A DNA stretch of 64,000 bases from Azolla caroliniana (lineage: Eukaryota > Plantae > Polypodiophyta), in contig JBHGNT010000005.1 of NCBI GenBank assembly GCA_043228905.1, positions 18,724,001-18,788,000 of the forward strand. The letters are read 5' to 3'. This document shows positions 24,393 to 38,613 of this stretch, in pieces (the first letter of the stretch is position 1; each line of letters begins with the position of its first letter). A model generated the notes under the pieces. The model was not told the origin of the DNA. It saw only the letters and a list, made by a program, of their open reading frames with translations, and ran no database searches. The translations under genes were made by a program, and so were the position numbers.

Positions 24393-27300
24393 ATTTATAC
24401 TAATACACTGAATGGGCTATTTAAAATCATGGCCACTATTATTATCTAATAATAACAATAATAATAGTCTTACTAATAAGCCGACTCACTCGATAACTGT
24501 CGCGTCGGTTCGACTAGTCGGCCTGGTCATCGACCATCCGGTCGGACCAACAAGCCGGTCGTGTCTTCAACCCCTATCAACTCTCCATGTAGACTCTCTC
24601 AGAGTCGACTCCTCGACTGTCATCTCTCATCCGACCAGTCGGCTGCTACCTTGTCTTTGACTGTCGGCTCTTTCCGACCAGTCGACTACTCCCATTGGAG
24701 CCACATATTCCTAACACTTTACAAGGGTACACTCTCCTTCCTCCACTTTCTACTACAACCAATTATATCTCCTTTGTATATGTTTGGTTCGAGAGTGGTA
24801 CGTAGCATTCGTTGCTAGATGTATGGTACTCTGGCTATCATAATGAAGCAAGAAATCCCTTTGTGTCATTCCCAACTCACTGAGAAAGTTTTTCATCCAT
24901 ATCAGCTCTTTGCCAGCCTCTACCGCTGCGTTATACTTTGCCTCTATGGTCGACAAGGCCATAGACTTATGCAATCGTCATTGCCACAACACTGCTCCCC
25001 CTACATATGTCATCACATACCTTGAAGTGGATCGACTTGAGTTTATATCCCCCGACATGTCCGAGTCGATAACCCTTCGAGCATGGGTTTTTCGACACCA
25101 TACCTTAGGCATACCTCTGAGGTGCCTTTTAAATACTTGAGTATCCACTTCACCGTTGCCCAGTGTTCTCTTCATTGATTACTCATGTCTCGGCTTACTC
25201 CCCCCACAACAAATGTTATGTCTGGTCTCGTGCAGACCATAGCATATATGAAACTGCCAACGGTTGAGGCATATGGTACTTTCCTCATCTCAGCCTTTTC
25301 TTTCTCCCCTCTCGAGCATTGCTTTGTATTTAGCTTGCAGTTGGTCGACAACACAGAGCCGACTGGCTTTGCTTCTGACATGTTGAATCTCTCCAAGATC
25401 TTTGTCACATATTTCTCGTGACAACCACAACACTTTCTTTGTTCTGTCTCAAACTATGTGCATCCCTAAAATCTGTTTAGCCAGTCCAAGATCTTTCATT
25501 GCAAATGACTTGCCTAAAGCTTTCTTCAAGCTCACGATCTTCCTCGTGTCTTGATCGACTATCAACATGTCATCCACATATAATAAGAGAATCAAGAAGT
25601 CACCTTCATTGTACCTTTTGACAAACACACAGTGATCAGCCCGTGTTTTCTGGAACCGATGTTCCATCATCAAGGATTCAAACTTCTTGTACCATTGACG
25701 TGGAGCTTCTTTCAACCCATACAAGCTTTTCTTCAGTCGACACACCAGGTTCTTGTTCCCTTTTTCCTCAAAGCCTTCGGGTTGTTGCATTTAGATCTCT
25801 TTATCCAGCTCCCTGTGCAAGAATATTGTCTTGACATCCAACAGTTCGATCTCTAGATCTAGAGTGGCAACTATGCTCATAACAAATCGAATGGATGTCA
25901 TCTTTACGACTGGTGCGAATATTTCGTCAAAGTTGACACCCTTTTTCTGTTGAAACCCCGTCACCACAATGCGGGCTTTATATCTGGGTGTGTTATCAAC
26001 TTCTCCAGTCTTCACCTTGTAGACCCATTTATTCTGGAGTGCTCTCTTACCTTTAGGTAACTCTACTAGGTCCTAGGTGTAATTTTCAGGCAAGGAGTCC
26101 ATCTCGTCTTGCATTGCACTTATCCATTTCTCCTTGTGCTCATTAGCTATGGCTTCTTCAGAGCACTCCAGTTCACCTTAATTAGTCAAGACGATGTATT
26201 AACTAGCATATGTAGTCGGTGCTCTTCTTTCTCTGAGTGGGTATCTTCTTCCACCCGTTGTTGGCTCCAGTTCGGATGTCTCTGTCGACTCTTCTCTCCA
26301 TTCAAGTTCATATGTGTCGATTGATTGTTGGGGGTTAGCCGACTCCAAATTGTATTCCTCGATCAACTTCAATATCTCTTCCCTCTCCAACTTGTCTATG
26401 TTGGTTGGTTTCTTTGAGTAGACCAACTCGGATTTGGCTGTGCCAACTGGCTGTCTCCGAACAACCGAGTGTGTCAATTCATGTGGCCTTACGTCGGTTG
26501 TAGTGGGAGTCGATTCCAATTTCTGTTGCTTCTAGTCCTCAATTGTCTTGTTTTCCAAGAAGACTACATCCCAACTCCTCACTACTTTCTTATCGACTAA
26601 GTCCCACAACTTGTAGCCGAACTCGTCCTCTGAATATTCCATGAATATGCATGGTTTTGACTTACTGTTGAGCGTCGACCTCTGATCCTTAGCCACATGC
26701 ATATACACTAAGCATCCAAACACCCTTAGGTGTTGGTAGGAGACATCTTTTCCTGTCCACACCCTTTGTGGGACATCACCTTTCAATGGCACTGAGGGAA
26801 TCTTGTTGATCAGATAAACAATTGTATACATCGCCTCAGCCCAATACGATTTCGGCAGCTTAGCATGAGAGAGCATGCTCCTTACTCTCTCCATGATCGT
26901 TCGATTCATCCTCTCAGCAAGCATGTTCAACTCAGGGGTCTTTGGTACAATGTATTCAATTCAAATACCTTGGGCCTTGGAGTATTCTTCGAACTATGCT
27001 CTATATTCGCCACCGTTGTCGGTTCGGAAAACCTTCAACTTCCGACCTGACTCTTGTTCGGTTCTTGCTTGGAACTCCTTGAACATTGATAGTACTTGAT
27101 CCTTCGACTTCCGTACGAAGTCCCATGTCTTACGACTATAGTTGTAAACAAACGTTACAAAGTACTGTCCACCTCGATGCAAGGGAGTATCTACATTGCA
27201 GACATTTGTGTGCACTAGTTCCAGTGCAGCTTCTCTTCTTCTTGGTGGTCTTGTATGGAATGTTGTCCTATTTTTCTCCCAAATGCACTCCTTTCACTTC

Positions 27301-29439
27301 TGGGAGAAATTCTTGGTCGGCTAGGATATGCATTCCCTTTTCATTCATGTGGCCTAGCCTCTTATGCCATAACTCTCCACTCGAGTCGGTTGCCACATTT
27401 GCTTCCTACTTGCATAGTCGGGCATGCATCATATACAGAGTACCCTCTTTTTGTGCTCGGGCCACTATGAGGTTTTCCTGGCAGAACTTCCACTTGTTGT
27501 TTCAAAAACTACCGTTGTAGCCTTCATCATCCAACCTTCCAGTAGATATGAGATTCAACCTGATATCGGGGATATGTCGAACTTCCCTCAGAGTCAGTCG
27601 ACAACCTATCGACGTCATCAGGCTTATGCTTTGTATGCTGGCTATCTTGCAATCACCATTATCTCCCATATTTACATAGCCATGATCAACGGTTGTGTAA
27701 GTCGAGAAACACTCTCTCGACGGAGTTATGTCGAAAGATGCACCCGAGTTGATTACCCAGTTACACTCTTTAGTTGCAAGATTTGTGCTTGCCTGCTCTC
27801 AAATGAATAGGATCTCCTCTCCACTCATAGCTATGGTAGATGTGCCCTTTTCATCAGGAATCTTCTTGGGTTCGACATTATTACCGACACTCTTCTCCTT
27901 CTTGAGGTGTCAACAGTCCTTCTGGAATTGTCCAGGCTTTCCAAAATAGAAGCATGTTAGCTTACCTCTGGACTTGGACCTGGCTTGTGACTTTTCTCTC
28001 CTTTGTGGACTTCTTTGTCGGTTCCTTCCTCTACCGGTATGTTGAGTCAAGTTTGACTCCGATTGGGCCAAGACACCCTTGTCTTTCCTTCTTGTGTCTT
28101 CATTCAAGGTTCTTGTCTTTACCGCTTGTGAAGACAAGTTCTCTTCTTGACATGAAGTGCTGAGAGTCACCACCAGATTCTCCCAGCTGTCTGGTAGGGT
28201 ACACAGTAGCAGGATGGCCTGGATTGTGTCCTCAAGGGGAAACTTGGTTGCCGCAAGTTGGTGCTCGACTATGCTTTCTCTGTCCTTGTATTTCATGCTC
28301 ACAATCTTTCTCATCAAAGATGTTTTGTTGAGGGTGTTCTTCCTCTCATATAGACCTGACAGCGTCTGCCACATCTCGTAGGCATTTGTGTCGTTCACCA
28401 CATGCTGAAGGACACTTACATCGACACATTATTTAGAAGTTTCCATTCACACTCTCATAACCCCGTGGATATTTCTGCTCTGTCGATGGGCTCGTACAGG
28501 TCATTGACTATGAGAAGGTCTTCCATCTTTATCTTCCAATCTGCATAGTTCTGAGAGTTTATAACTATCATACCTGGGAAGCCACTCACACCTCCTTCCA
28601 TCCTTGCACCTCAAGCTCTGATACCAATTTGTCAGGAATGGATCCCTATGATTCGTGAGGAAGAACTATTGTGAAATACACAATAACACGGAAAGAATAG
28701 AAAACAGCAAAAGCACAATACACAATGGTTAACATGGAAATCCGAAACGAGGAAAACCACGGAAGAAATAGAGCTTCCACTATACAATAGGGAATACAAG
28801 GGAGACAAGAATACAACACTCTCTCTGCACAGAGTGTACTAGCCATGCCGGGCTCTTGGTTTCTAAGCTCACAGAGCTATCGCGCTGCTCTCTCTGTCAC
28901 TCACTCTCACTACTCTCTGCAATTAACAGTTACATGAACTCTACATAATTCTCCTGTTTCTGTTTTACACTCTGCTCTACGTCTAAAGCTTTGCCCTAAG
29001 TGTAAATTTATACTTATACACCTTATGGGCTATTTACAAATGTAGTTCCTACTACTCTCACTTCTATTATCATACTAATAATAATAGCAGTTGATCAGCC
29101 GATTGATCGATTAGTCGATTCGACTAGCCGACTCATGTGTCGTCTGTCCAGTTGACCTTGTCTTCGACCATCCAGTCGGCCTAACTAGCTAGTCGTGTCT
29201 TCGACCTCGATCACTTTGTATGTTGTCAACTCTTCATGTTGGCTCTCTCTCAGTCGACTCCCCTAATCGACTCTCCATGACATCAACTATCAGCTCTCAA
29301 CCCAAATAATCGGCTACTCCTTTTCATTAACTGTCGGCTCTCGGCCCGACCAGCCAGCTACTCCTTGTCTTTGATTGTCGGCTCTCTGTGTCCGACCAGT
29401 CGACTCCTCCCATAGGAGAGACATATTCCTAACACATTG

Positions 29440-29755
29440 TGTACATGATACTTCCTATGGCCGATGCGTAGGGTATCTTTCCATTGAGTTCTCTCTCCTC
29501 ATCTGTTGATGGAGAGTCTCTGCTCGATATTTGGAACGACATCGAAAGTGAAGTAGGTGCCCGCTTCACGTTCTCCATGTTAAATCTCCTCAGCACTTTG
29601 CGGATGTAGTTGGATTGGGAGAGTCAGAGGGTCTTTTCTATTCAATTTCACTCTTTCCGCATGCCCAATATGTGTCTAGCTTGTCCAAGTTCCTTCATCG
29701 AAAATTTGTCGCGAAGACTCTGTTTTAATTCTCTGATCTTTGCTCAATTGCTTTC
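29440..29755 (-). mobile_element. Host Copia 'H' RT relic, right part
   Basis: Minus-strand 'MKELGQARHILGM...LSQSNYIRKVLRRFNM...IPYASAIGSIMY'. Confidence 0.85.
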
Positions 29756-30558
29756 TGTTGGAGTCTGAGACCATCAGTGCAAAAATAAGAACAACATCTA
29801 TGCTAATAAGATCACCAAGTTAACAAGTTAGACAATATCAAGGAGACAAAATGAGATAGATAGATAGATAGATAGATAGATCAATTATATTATCGTCTTC
29901 GGAGGTCAGATATGACCTATGAGACCAAAAATATTACATTTCACGTGATACTTGTGAAAGTGAGAGAGAGAGAGGCACACAATGTAACAGTCTTATTCCA
30001 AAAGTTACAATACAAGAATGGTACTATCAACCAACAACATGAACTAGGTTACAAAGCCAGTTATATCTTAATTGGGCTAGGGCAACTTCCCTTTGACATA
30101 TTTACAGAATTGTCCTAAACCTAGTTTGTCCAAAGGAATAGTGTGAATACGACCATTATATACCCATATTTGACACTCCCCCATAATGGGCGTATACAAC
30201 AAAAATCTGTACTAAAAAGAGGCAAACAAAAGAATACAGAATTATACAATGGTTATCAGACAGATCGGCCTTGTACGAATGAAATATCCGGGTTGAAAGG
30301 GTTGTAGCCGAATTGACCAGTCCGAAGGTACATCGAAGTCGGAGTGTTTGAAGTCGAGCCGTCTATGCCAATTGTTGAATGTCTAAAACCTATCCTGAGT
30401 GTTTGACTCAATCAGACTAAATTTTTGTTACACCCATCTAGTGCCGAAGGGATCGGAATCAATTCACTGGAAGACACTTGGTCATCCCGTCAACGACATT
30501 ATCGACTGACATAGGTATTTGTTTATCCTGGACTAATCGTAGTCACAAACACAAGGTA
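29756..30558 (-). mobile_element. Copia family D copy 1: 3' LTR (29756-30175), PPT and RNase H end
   Basis: TGTTGG...TTGACA LTR followed by CTCCCCC(A)TAATGGG. Similar to 39913-40358 and 53120-53386. Confidence 0.8.
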
Positions 30559-32267
30559 TTCCCTTCTCAGAATACTCCCCAAAGATGTGGTTGGAGGGAT
30601 GGATTGATACAAACATACGATTATAGCTTATCCGGTTACATTCCAATACACATACACAAAATGTGGTTACGAATTAACACGCGTAAGATTATAACATAAG
30701 AGTGTAGAAGGCAAGTACACAAGATAGAATACAATATACTATATTACTCGCCATTAATCCATACAATCTGGTCCCCTTATATAGGGGCATCCAGTTCTAT
30801 TACAAAAAGGAATTTACCTGGCTACTCCCCTTGTTGTTGCTCATCTCTTGCAGTATGCAGTGCGTCTTCATCATTCGCCCTTTGCTACATCGGCTCCTCC
30901 TCCCGTGGATGCTCCGGTTGGGTTGCTCTGGCTTTGGTTGCTCCCTTCCATCCTCTGGTCGTTCTTCATCACTTAGATCAAGCTGATCGGCTTGGTTTAC
31001 CCCGATCTATTGCTTCCTTTGCTGCAATCTTTCCCGTTCATACGCCTCTAGGTTCAGTGTTAGATGCAGCTGGTTGTCTTCAAATACTTCCAAAATCTTC
31101 TAGATTTCATCTATTTGCACTTGGTCCATTGCTTGAAGGTCATCGGATAAATCTTCTCAAATTGTGATGATGCTTTCTTCATCCATCTTGTAGAAATTAT
31201 CCCCTGCTTTCGCCCTATTCTTGGCATTTGCCTAGAGCACCTGTAATTCCGCCGCCTGCACCGCTTGCGCCACCCATTCCTTCCATATTGCTATCGAGCC
31301 TTCTTCAAGTCTCTCCACCATCCGCTTCCACTGGTTTTCCACAATTATCCGGATTCGTTTTATGCCCATTTCAATATTCTCTTCCTAGGCCCGCTTCTCC
31401 TACTTTAGCCTCTTAATTTGTTGGATTGCTGCTTTCGGTTGCACCTCGTATGCCGTCAGCTGAGTTTGATAGGTTGTATGAAATTTTGTCAGAACTTCTT
31501 GCGAATGTTCAACCTACCGGTCCCAATCCTCTAGCAACTTCATTTTCTCTGTTTCGGCTTCTTCTTTCATCTGCTCTTTCATTAACTCAAGAAATTGCTT
31601 CTCTCGTTGCCGTTCAAACTCCTTTTCCGTCTCCATGTGATCTTGGTATAGTTTCTTGAAGTCGGCCTACTTGTCCTTTAGCCGTCGGTTGAGTTGTGCC
31701 CACAATTGATCATCCCGCTCCTTTTGTTGTTGGAGCTTTGCCTACAGCCCCTCAATCTCTGTTTCGGCCATCTGTCAGAGTTTTGATCGTTGTTGCTATG
31801 CCACAGCCCTCTCTTCCTTCATCTGGTTCAGACTTTCTTGAACCGTTTGAAATCCTTCCTTGAGCCTTTTCTTCTCTTCTTCCACCTTTCCCCACATATG
31901 TTTCTCCTTCTTCACCACAACTGCTTGTGTGGCGACATCGTCCATTAGCCGTGTTGCTTCTTTCTCCGCCGCTTCTGCTCGTCAGGCTAAATTTTCATTC
32001 TCTGTCACCCTTTTTGCATCCCGTCGTTCTTTTTCCCTTGCATTTGCCTAATTCGGAACCTATTTTATTAGTTCCGGTGTTGTCGCCATGTCCTTGCTGG
32101 TCTCTACTTGTGCGGCCATTAAGTCCTTGGTCTGCTTCAACTCCTTCTCCAATGCTGCAATTGGGCCCTTGGCCTCCGCCAGTTGTCTAGTCATGTCCTC
32201 CATCTTGGCTTGAGGTGTCAGTATGGCAAACCATGTTCATCGTTCTTCAACCATCCATGTAGCCGCT

Positions 32268-35200
32268 TGTTAGGAAACAGGTCCCTCCGGATGGGAAGTG
32301 AGGAGAATAGTGTCGATGAGCAAACTCGGTTGAGGCCGATAGGCCGAGGCCGAAACCGGATGAGGAATACCTAGCTACGGAAGACCCGGTGAGAACCGGA
32401 TGAAGGAGTACCCGGTGAGAACCGGATGAGGAGTACCCGGCTACGGAGAACCGGATGACGAGTGCCCGGAAAGCGCCGGATGGTGAAGGCCCGGTGAGAA
32501 GTGCTCACCGGATGAAGGGACATATTCGTAAATATGTTTTCCTGAGAGGCCATCGGGGCTATATTTGTAAATAGCCGAAAAGTCATACTAGTATAAATAT
32601 GACTTAGGGCAAACTTAGAAATGGAGTTGTAGTAGTAGTAGTTGTCATTCTTGTTGGTGCAAGATTAGAGCGTGCAACTGTGTACAAAGAGAGTGAGAGA
32701 GAGGAAGAGGTCGTTGCCTCTGATTGTAACCGCCGCCTGTGGCGAAGATAGCAAGCTCGAGGTCGTGGCCTCGGTGCTTTCTTATTGTACATTCTGACAT
32801 AGTGATAGTTCGCAGTCTGTGGGCTGCCGTGGTTTTTCCCGAGTTTGGGTTTTCCACGTAAACATCCTGTGTACTCTTCTCTCTATCGTGTTGTGCTTTC
32901 ATTCCCTGTTTTTCTATGTTTTATTCTAGGCTCGGTTGTGGCCGAGCATTGTTCATCGGGAGCGTGTAGTTCCTGTCAAAGTGGTATCAGAGCGAAACGA
33001 CACAGAAAATGGACGATTCGTTGGGAGGCATGTTCAAGCTCACCGGATCCAACTATTCGGTGTGGAAGTCGAAGATGAGGGACATGCTCGTGGTTAAAGA
33101 TCTTTGGTTGCCGATTCAGTTTGGGGACAAGAGACCGGACAAAATCAACGCCACAATATGGGAGGTGATGCACATGAAGACAACAGCTTACATACGGTGC
33201 TTCATCGACATGAGCCTATACAACAACTTCAATGAAGGGAGCAAGGCTCATGAGCTCTGGGAGAAGATCAACATTATGTTTCAAAACAAAAATGTTGTTA
33301 ACCAGGTTTCGGTATTCCGGAAGCTAATAAGACTCCAGCATGGCGGAGCACATGAATGCCTTCGAGGGGCTGATACACCAGGCAACATCATTGGAAGTAC
33401 CTCTCGCCGATGAGGTACTAGCGCTACTCCTACTCGGTTCCCTCCTGGATAGCTGGGAGACATTGGTTGTCACTTTGGGCAACACCGGGTCAGAAGGGAA
33501 ACGGTTATCCCTAGCAAGAGTGAAGTCGAGCTTGCTAGATGAGGAGGCGCGTCAGAAAGATAAGGATACGAGCTCCGACCCCAAAGCGCTCCTTACCGAA
33601 TCGGAACAAGGAAGACATAGAAACCGTAGTCCCCAGAACCGGGAAAAGTCGAGGACACGGTCAAAGTCAAGGGGGAGGCCTACTTGCTTCTATTGCGGCA
33701 AGCCGGGACACTTCCAAAAGAACTGTCGGCATTTCCGTAAAGACAAGGAAACCGATGGTACCGATTCGAAGCGAACACCGGACCGGAACGGTAAAGACCG
33801 GAGGGGAACGGACCGGAAGGGAACAATGGCAATCGCGGCAAGTGAAGAAGAGTTGATGCTCATCACCGAGGAGAGTGAGCTAAACCTTGCTGGTGACGAG
33901 ATGACCTGGGTGGTCGACTCCGGAGCGTCGTTCCACCTTACCCCAGATCGGAAATGCTTCTCATCCTACTCAGTCGGTGATCACGGCTATGTCCGGATGG
34001 GGAATGAAGGTACATGCCGAATTGTCGGCATAGGAGACGTGTGGTTGACAACACCAACCGGATGCAAGATGCTGTTGAAGGATGTCCGACACGTTCTGGA
34101 GGTTCGTCTGAACCTGATATCATCCGGTCGGCTAGATGATGAAGGCTACATGGGTAGCATCCGGAACGGTTTTATGAAGTTCAGCAAAGGGAGCCTAATT
34201 GTGGCTCGGGCTCGGAAGGTCAACACGTTGTACCTGATGATTGCACGGTTATGCCCGGAAGAAGGGAACGTGGCATCCGACACTACCGGTGAGCTATGGC
34301 ACAAGAGACTGTGCCACATGAGCGAGAAGGGGATGAAGAGGCTTGCAGACGACAACCTCATTCCAGTGAAGAACGTGCACCTGGAGAAGTGCACTGATTG
34401 TCTGGCCGGTAAACAAAACCGGACCTCCTTCCGATCGAGGCCACCGATGAGACATAATGCACCACTAGAGTTGGTGCATACTGATGTATGTCAAGCGGAT
34501 ACAAAGTCACATGCCGGATCGCAGTACTTTGTGACGTTCATAGATGACCACAGCCGGAAGCTGTGGGCCACACCGTTGAAGACGAAGGATCAGGTGTTAT
34601 CCGTCTTCAAAGAGCTCCACGCAAGAGTGGAAAGAGAAACCGGCCGAAGCTGAAGGCGGTTCGAGCAGATAACGGAGGTGAATACCGGGGGCAATTCGAG
34701 GAGTACTGTCGCTCGAAAGGAATCCGGCTCGAATTCACCGTGCCGAAGACGCCGGAACTAAACGGGTTGGCCGAGAGGATGAACCGAACCATAATGGAGA
34801 GGGTCTGAAGTATGCTGGCGCATGCAAAACTACGCAAGAAGTTTTGGGCTGAGGCACTGTCGACGGCGACATATGTGATAAACAGATCACCCTCAGTACC
34901 CTTGGACGGAGACATGCCACAGAGAGTCTGGACCGGTAAGGAAGTGTCCTACCGGCATCTGAAGGTATTCGGGTGTCTCGCGTAAGTGCATGTAGTTAAG
35001 GACCGGAGAGGAAAGTTAGATCCAAAGACCCGACCATGCATATTCCTCAGTTACGGCGACAATGAGTTCAGCTACCGAGTGTGGGACCTGGTCGACAAGA
35101 AGGTATTCTGGAGTCGAGATATTATCTTCATGGAGGACAACACGCTCGCCGACTAGGAGTCGGAGAAGAAGATAATGAACTCCGAGTCGACCGGTAAGAA

Positions 35201-37731
35201 TCGATTCTATGATGAGCAGACCCAACCAGCAAGAGACCGGTTAGCACTCGAGGAACCAGCGGGTTACGGTGAGGATACTGAACCGGTAGAAGAAGAAGTA
35301 GAGGAAGCTGAAACTGGAACCGGCCAAGACCCCAAATCGGATTCGGATGAAGAGCAAATGGAGGAGCCGGTTACCGAAGCCCAAAGACGGAGATATCCTC
35401 TCAGAGAGAGAAGGGCCCCCCGGAGATTTCCGGATGCAGAGCATGTGCTGCTGACCGATGAGGGAGAGCCAGAAAGCTTCGTAGAAGCGAAGGATGACAC
35501 CCACAGCTGCAAATGGTTAAGTGTCATGCAGGATGAGATGGATTCCCTGCATGAGAACCATACGTACGAATTGGTGGAGTTGCCGAAAGGAAAGCGGGCA
35601 CTCCGAAATAAGTGGGTGTACAAGTTGAAACCGGGAGATGCCGGCAACCCCCGAGATACAAAGTCAGGATCGTGGTCAAGGGGTTCCAGGAGAAGAAGGG
35701 CGTGGACTTCGACGAGATATTTGCCCCGGTAGTAAAGATGACCTCCATCCGGACGATGTTGAGTATAGCAGCAAGCATGGACCTCGAGGTAGAGCAGTTG
35801 GACGTGAAGACGACATTCCTTCACGGCGACCTCGAAGAGGAGATCTACATGCAACAACCGGAAGGATTCATGGAGAAAGGGAAGGAGCACCTGGTATGCC
35901 GGTTGAAGAAGAGCCTCTACGGGTTAAATCAGGCCCCCCGGCAATGGTACCGGAAGTTTGATTCCTTTATGGCCGATCAAGGGTACCACAAGACGCAGGC
36001 CGACCACTGCGTGTTTGTGAAGAAGTTCGAAGGAGGCGACTTCCTGATACTCCTTCTGTACGGGGACGACATGTTGATCGCCGGACGTGACCCAGTCAAA
36101 ATACGGATGCTGAAGAAGGCTCTCAATCGGACCTTCTTAATGAAAGACTTGGGTCCGGCAAGACAGATGTTGGGGATGCACATCATTCAGGACCGGTCAA
36201 CGAAGCAATTATGGCTGTCACAGGAGAAATACGTGACAAAGGTGCTTCAGCGGTTCAACATATCAGATGCGAAACCGGTCGGATCGACACTCCCGGCAAA
36301 CTGCAGATTATCCGATAAGCAAAGACCGAAGACGAAAGCAGAGAAGGTGGATATGATGAAGATTCCATATGCCTCTGCCGTCGAGAGCTTAATGTACGCA
36401 ATGGTGTGTACCCGACCGGATATAGGATACGCAGTTGGAGTGGTGAGCCGGTTTATGAGCAATCCCGACAAGGAGCACTGGAACGCGGTCAAATGGATAC
36501 TCCGGTACTTGAAGGGCACTTCAAATATGTGTCTCTGATTCGTCTCCGGAAAACCTCAACTTGACGGTTTTACCGATTCGAACATGTCAGCTGATGTGGA
36601 TACCAGCCGGTCTACATCCGGGTATGTAATGACATATGCAGGGGGAGCTGTTTTGTTGCAATCGAGGTTGCAGAAGACAATTGCGTTGTCAACCACAGAA
36701 GTGGAGTACATGGCTGCTGTGGAAGCCGACAAGGAAATATTATGGATGAAGGACTTCATTGGAGAGCTCGGTATCCGGCAAGATGAATACCGGCTCTATT
36801 GCGACAGTCAAAGTGTCATCCACCTTGCTAAGAATGCGGCCTACCATTCCCGGACGAAGCATATCCAACGATGCTATCACTGGATCCGGGAAAGAGTAGA
36901 TGACCAGGAGTTCGTGCTGACGAAGATCCACACGGCCGAGAACGGGTTAGATATGCTAACCAAAGTGTTGATACTCGACAAGCTGGAAGCATGCCGAAAG
37001 CGGATCAGACTAGTAAGACACCCCATGCTAGAGTGAAGGGGGAGTTTCTTAGGAAACAAGTCCTTCCGGATGGGAAGTGAGGAGAACAGTGTCGATGAGC
37101 AAACTCGGTCGACGCCGATAGGCCGAGGCCAAAACCGGATGAGGAATACCCGGCTACGGAAGACCCAGTGAGAACCGGATGAGGAGTACCCGGCTACGGA
37201 GAACCGGATGACGAGTGCCCGGCAAGCGCCAGATGGTGAAGGCCCGGTGAGAAGTTCTCATTGGACGAAGGGACATATTCGTAAATATGTTTTCCTGAGA
37301 GGCCATCGGGGCTATATTTGTAAATAGCCGAAAAGTCATACTAGTATAAATATGACTTAGGGCAAACTTAGAAATGGAGTTGTAGTAGTAGTAGTTGTCA
37401 TTCTTGTTGGCGCAAGATTAGAGCGTGCAATTGTGTACAGAGAGAGTGAGAGAGAGGAAGAGGTCGTTGCCTCTGATTGTAACCGCCGCATGTGGCGAAG
37501 ATAGCAAGCTCAAGGTCGTGGCCTCGATGCTTTCTTATTGTACATTCTGACATAGTGATAGTTCGCGGTTTGTGGGCTGCCGTGGTTTTTTCCGAGTTTG
37601 GGTTTTCCACATAAACATCCTGTGTACTCTTCTCTCTATCGTGTTGTGCTTTCATTCCCTGTTTTTCTGTGTTTTATTCTAGGCTCGGTTGTGGCCGAGC
37701 GTTGTTCATCGGGAGCGTGTAGTTCCTGTCA
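32268..37731 (+). mobile_element. Ty1/Copia element E1, structurally complete (5.46 kb), ORF disrupted
   Basis: LTRs at 32268-32978 and 37047-37731, highly similar. TSD CCGCT at 32263-32267 and 37732-37736. PBS TGGTATCAGAGC at 32982-32993. PPT at 37031-37044. Gag CCHC, WVVDSGAS, WHKRLCH, integrase, RT (YGDD), RNase H. Confidence 0.97.
33009..37036 (+). pseudogene. Gag-pol polyprotein of Copia E1 with frameshifts and stops
   Basis: ORF pieces at 33009, 33340, 34563, 35175, 35612 and 36584 in Copia domain order. Confidence 0.92.
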
Positions 37732-38331
37732 CCGCTTGGGTCACCTACATCCCAAGCCATTCAACCAATAGTTGACAGGTACGGTGATGCGTTCTTGCGG
37801 CGAATGCCTTCACCACATTCACTAGATCCATTCTAGCTAGTGTCAACGCCGCCTCCCGTTCTGTATGCCGGAGCAACCAGCACCCCAGCCAATCATCATG
37901 TGCCCTCGTTCTCCTGTTGGTTTTGTTTTTGAACAACTGGTGTGCTCTAGGCATGCAATTCCATTTTTGCCTGAACTTGTACTTCTATTTTTGGTTTCTT
38001 CTAGGCCATGCTTTCCACCAGCCTCTACTCCACCGCCGTGATCGTGATGACCGGAGTTTTGTCCTTTGTTGAACCCAATCCATCATTGGGCCATTCGTCG
38101 AGACACCTTCTCCACTGTCTCTATAGAGGTTGTTCCTCCTCTTTGGCAAGCTCTTCTTCTTCCCATGCAGCTTCCTGGTGGTTGTCTTATGTCGGTTTTG
38201 TTGATGCCACGTTCTTGTGCTTCAGTTTAATCAATACTATCTTGGCTGGTTCCAGTGCCGCTCCTCTCATGGTCACTGGCGGTGAGACTACTTGCTGGGA
38301 ACTCCCTTCCTGCCACCTTGCTGCATGTTTG

Positions 38332-38613
38332 TGTTGCGAATCGACCAACCACAACTGTTTTGACACTCGTGTGCGTATGCGTGTACAAGGGACAAAGTTC
38401 GGCAGTACACAGAAGAACAAAAAACAGAGACACAAGATGTTTACATGGAAAACACGGAAAGGGAAAACACCAGGGGGGTCCACAAACCCCAAGAAATGAA
38501 TCACTATAGAGAGAGGAATACAAGGAGACTCGCAGGCAACGATCTCGAGCTCGTCTTCATCTAATAGACGGCAGTAGAGTTACAACTCTCACTCTCACTC
38601 TCTCTATCTCTAG
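38332..38613 (-). mobile_element. Copia-type LTR fragment (G), interrupted by E2
   Basis: Starts TGTTG. Contains ACACAAGATGTTTACATGGAAAAC...GGGAAAACAC, resembling the reverse complement of family E LTRs. Confidence 0.55.

Larger units (their letters stand above)
13922..24716 (-). mobile_element. Ty1/Copia element B nested in the RNase H of A
   Basis: LTRs at 13922-14790 and 23684-24716. TSD CTTTA at 13917-13921 and 24717-24721. PPT starts at 14791. Degenerate Met PBS near 23668-23680. The integrase core is deleted near 18650. Confidence 0.95.
13080..29434 (-). mobile_element. Ty1/Copia element A (Tnt1/Tork-like), full-length but degenerate, carrying nested insertions
   Basis: LTRs at 13080-13796 and 28630-29434. 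TSD CATTG at 13075-13079 and 29435-29439. tRNA-iMet PBS (TGGTATCAGAGC on the minus strand) near 28614-28626. Gag-PR-INT-RT-RH fragments at 24722-28600. Confidence 0.95.
30585..38331 (-). mobile_element. Gypsy-like element 3: coiled-coil accessory ORF relic and terminal region, split by Copia E1
   Basis: Minus-strand heptad-rich reading (ANAREKERRDAKRVTENEN...EKVEEEKKRLK) continues across the E1 TSD. TATA near 30778. No pol domain is visible. Confidence 0.5.
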
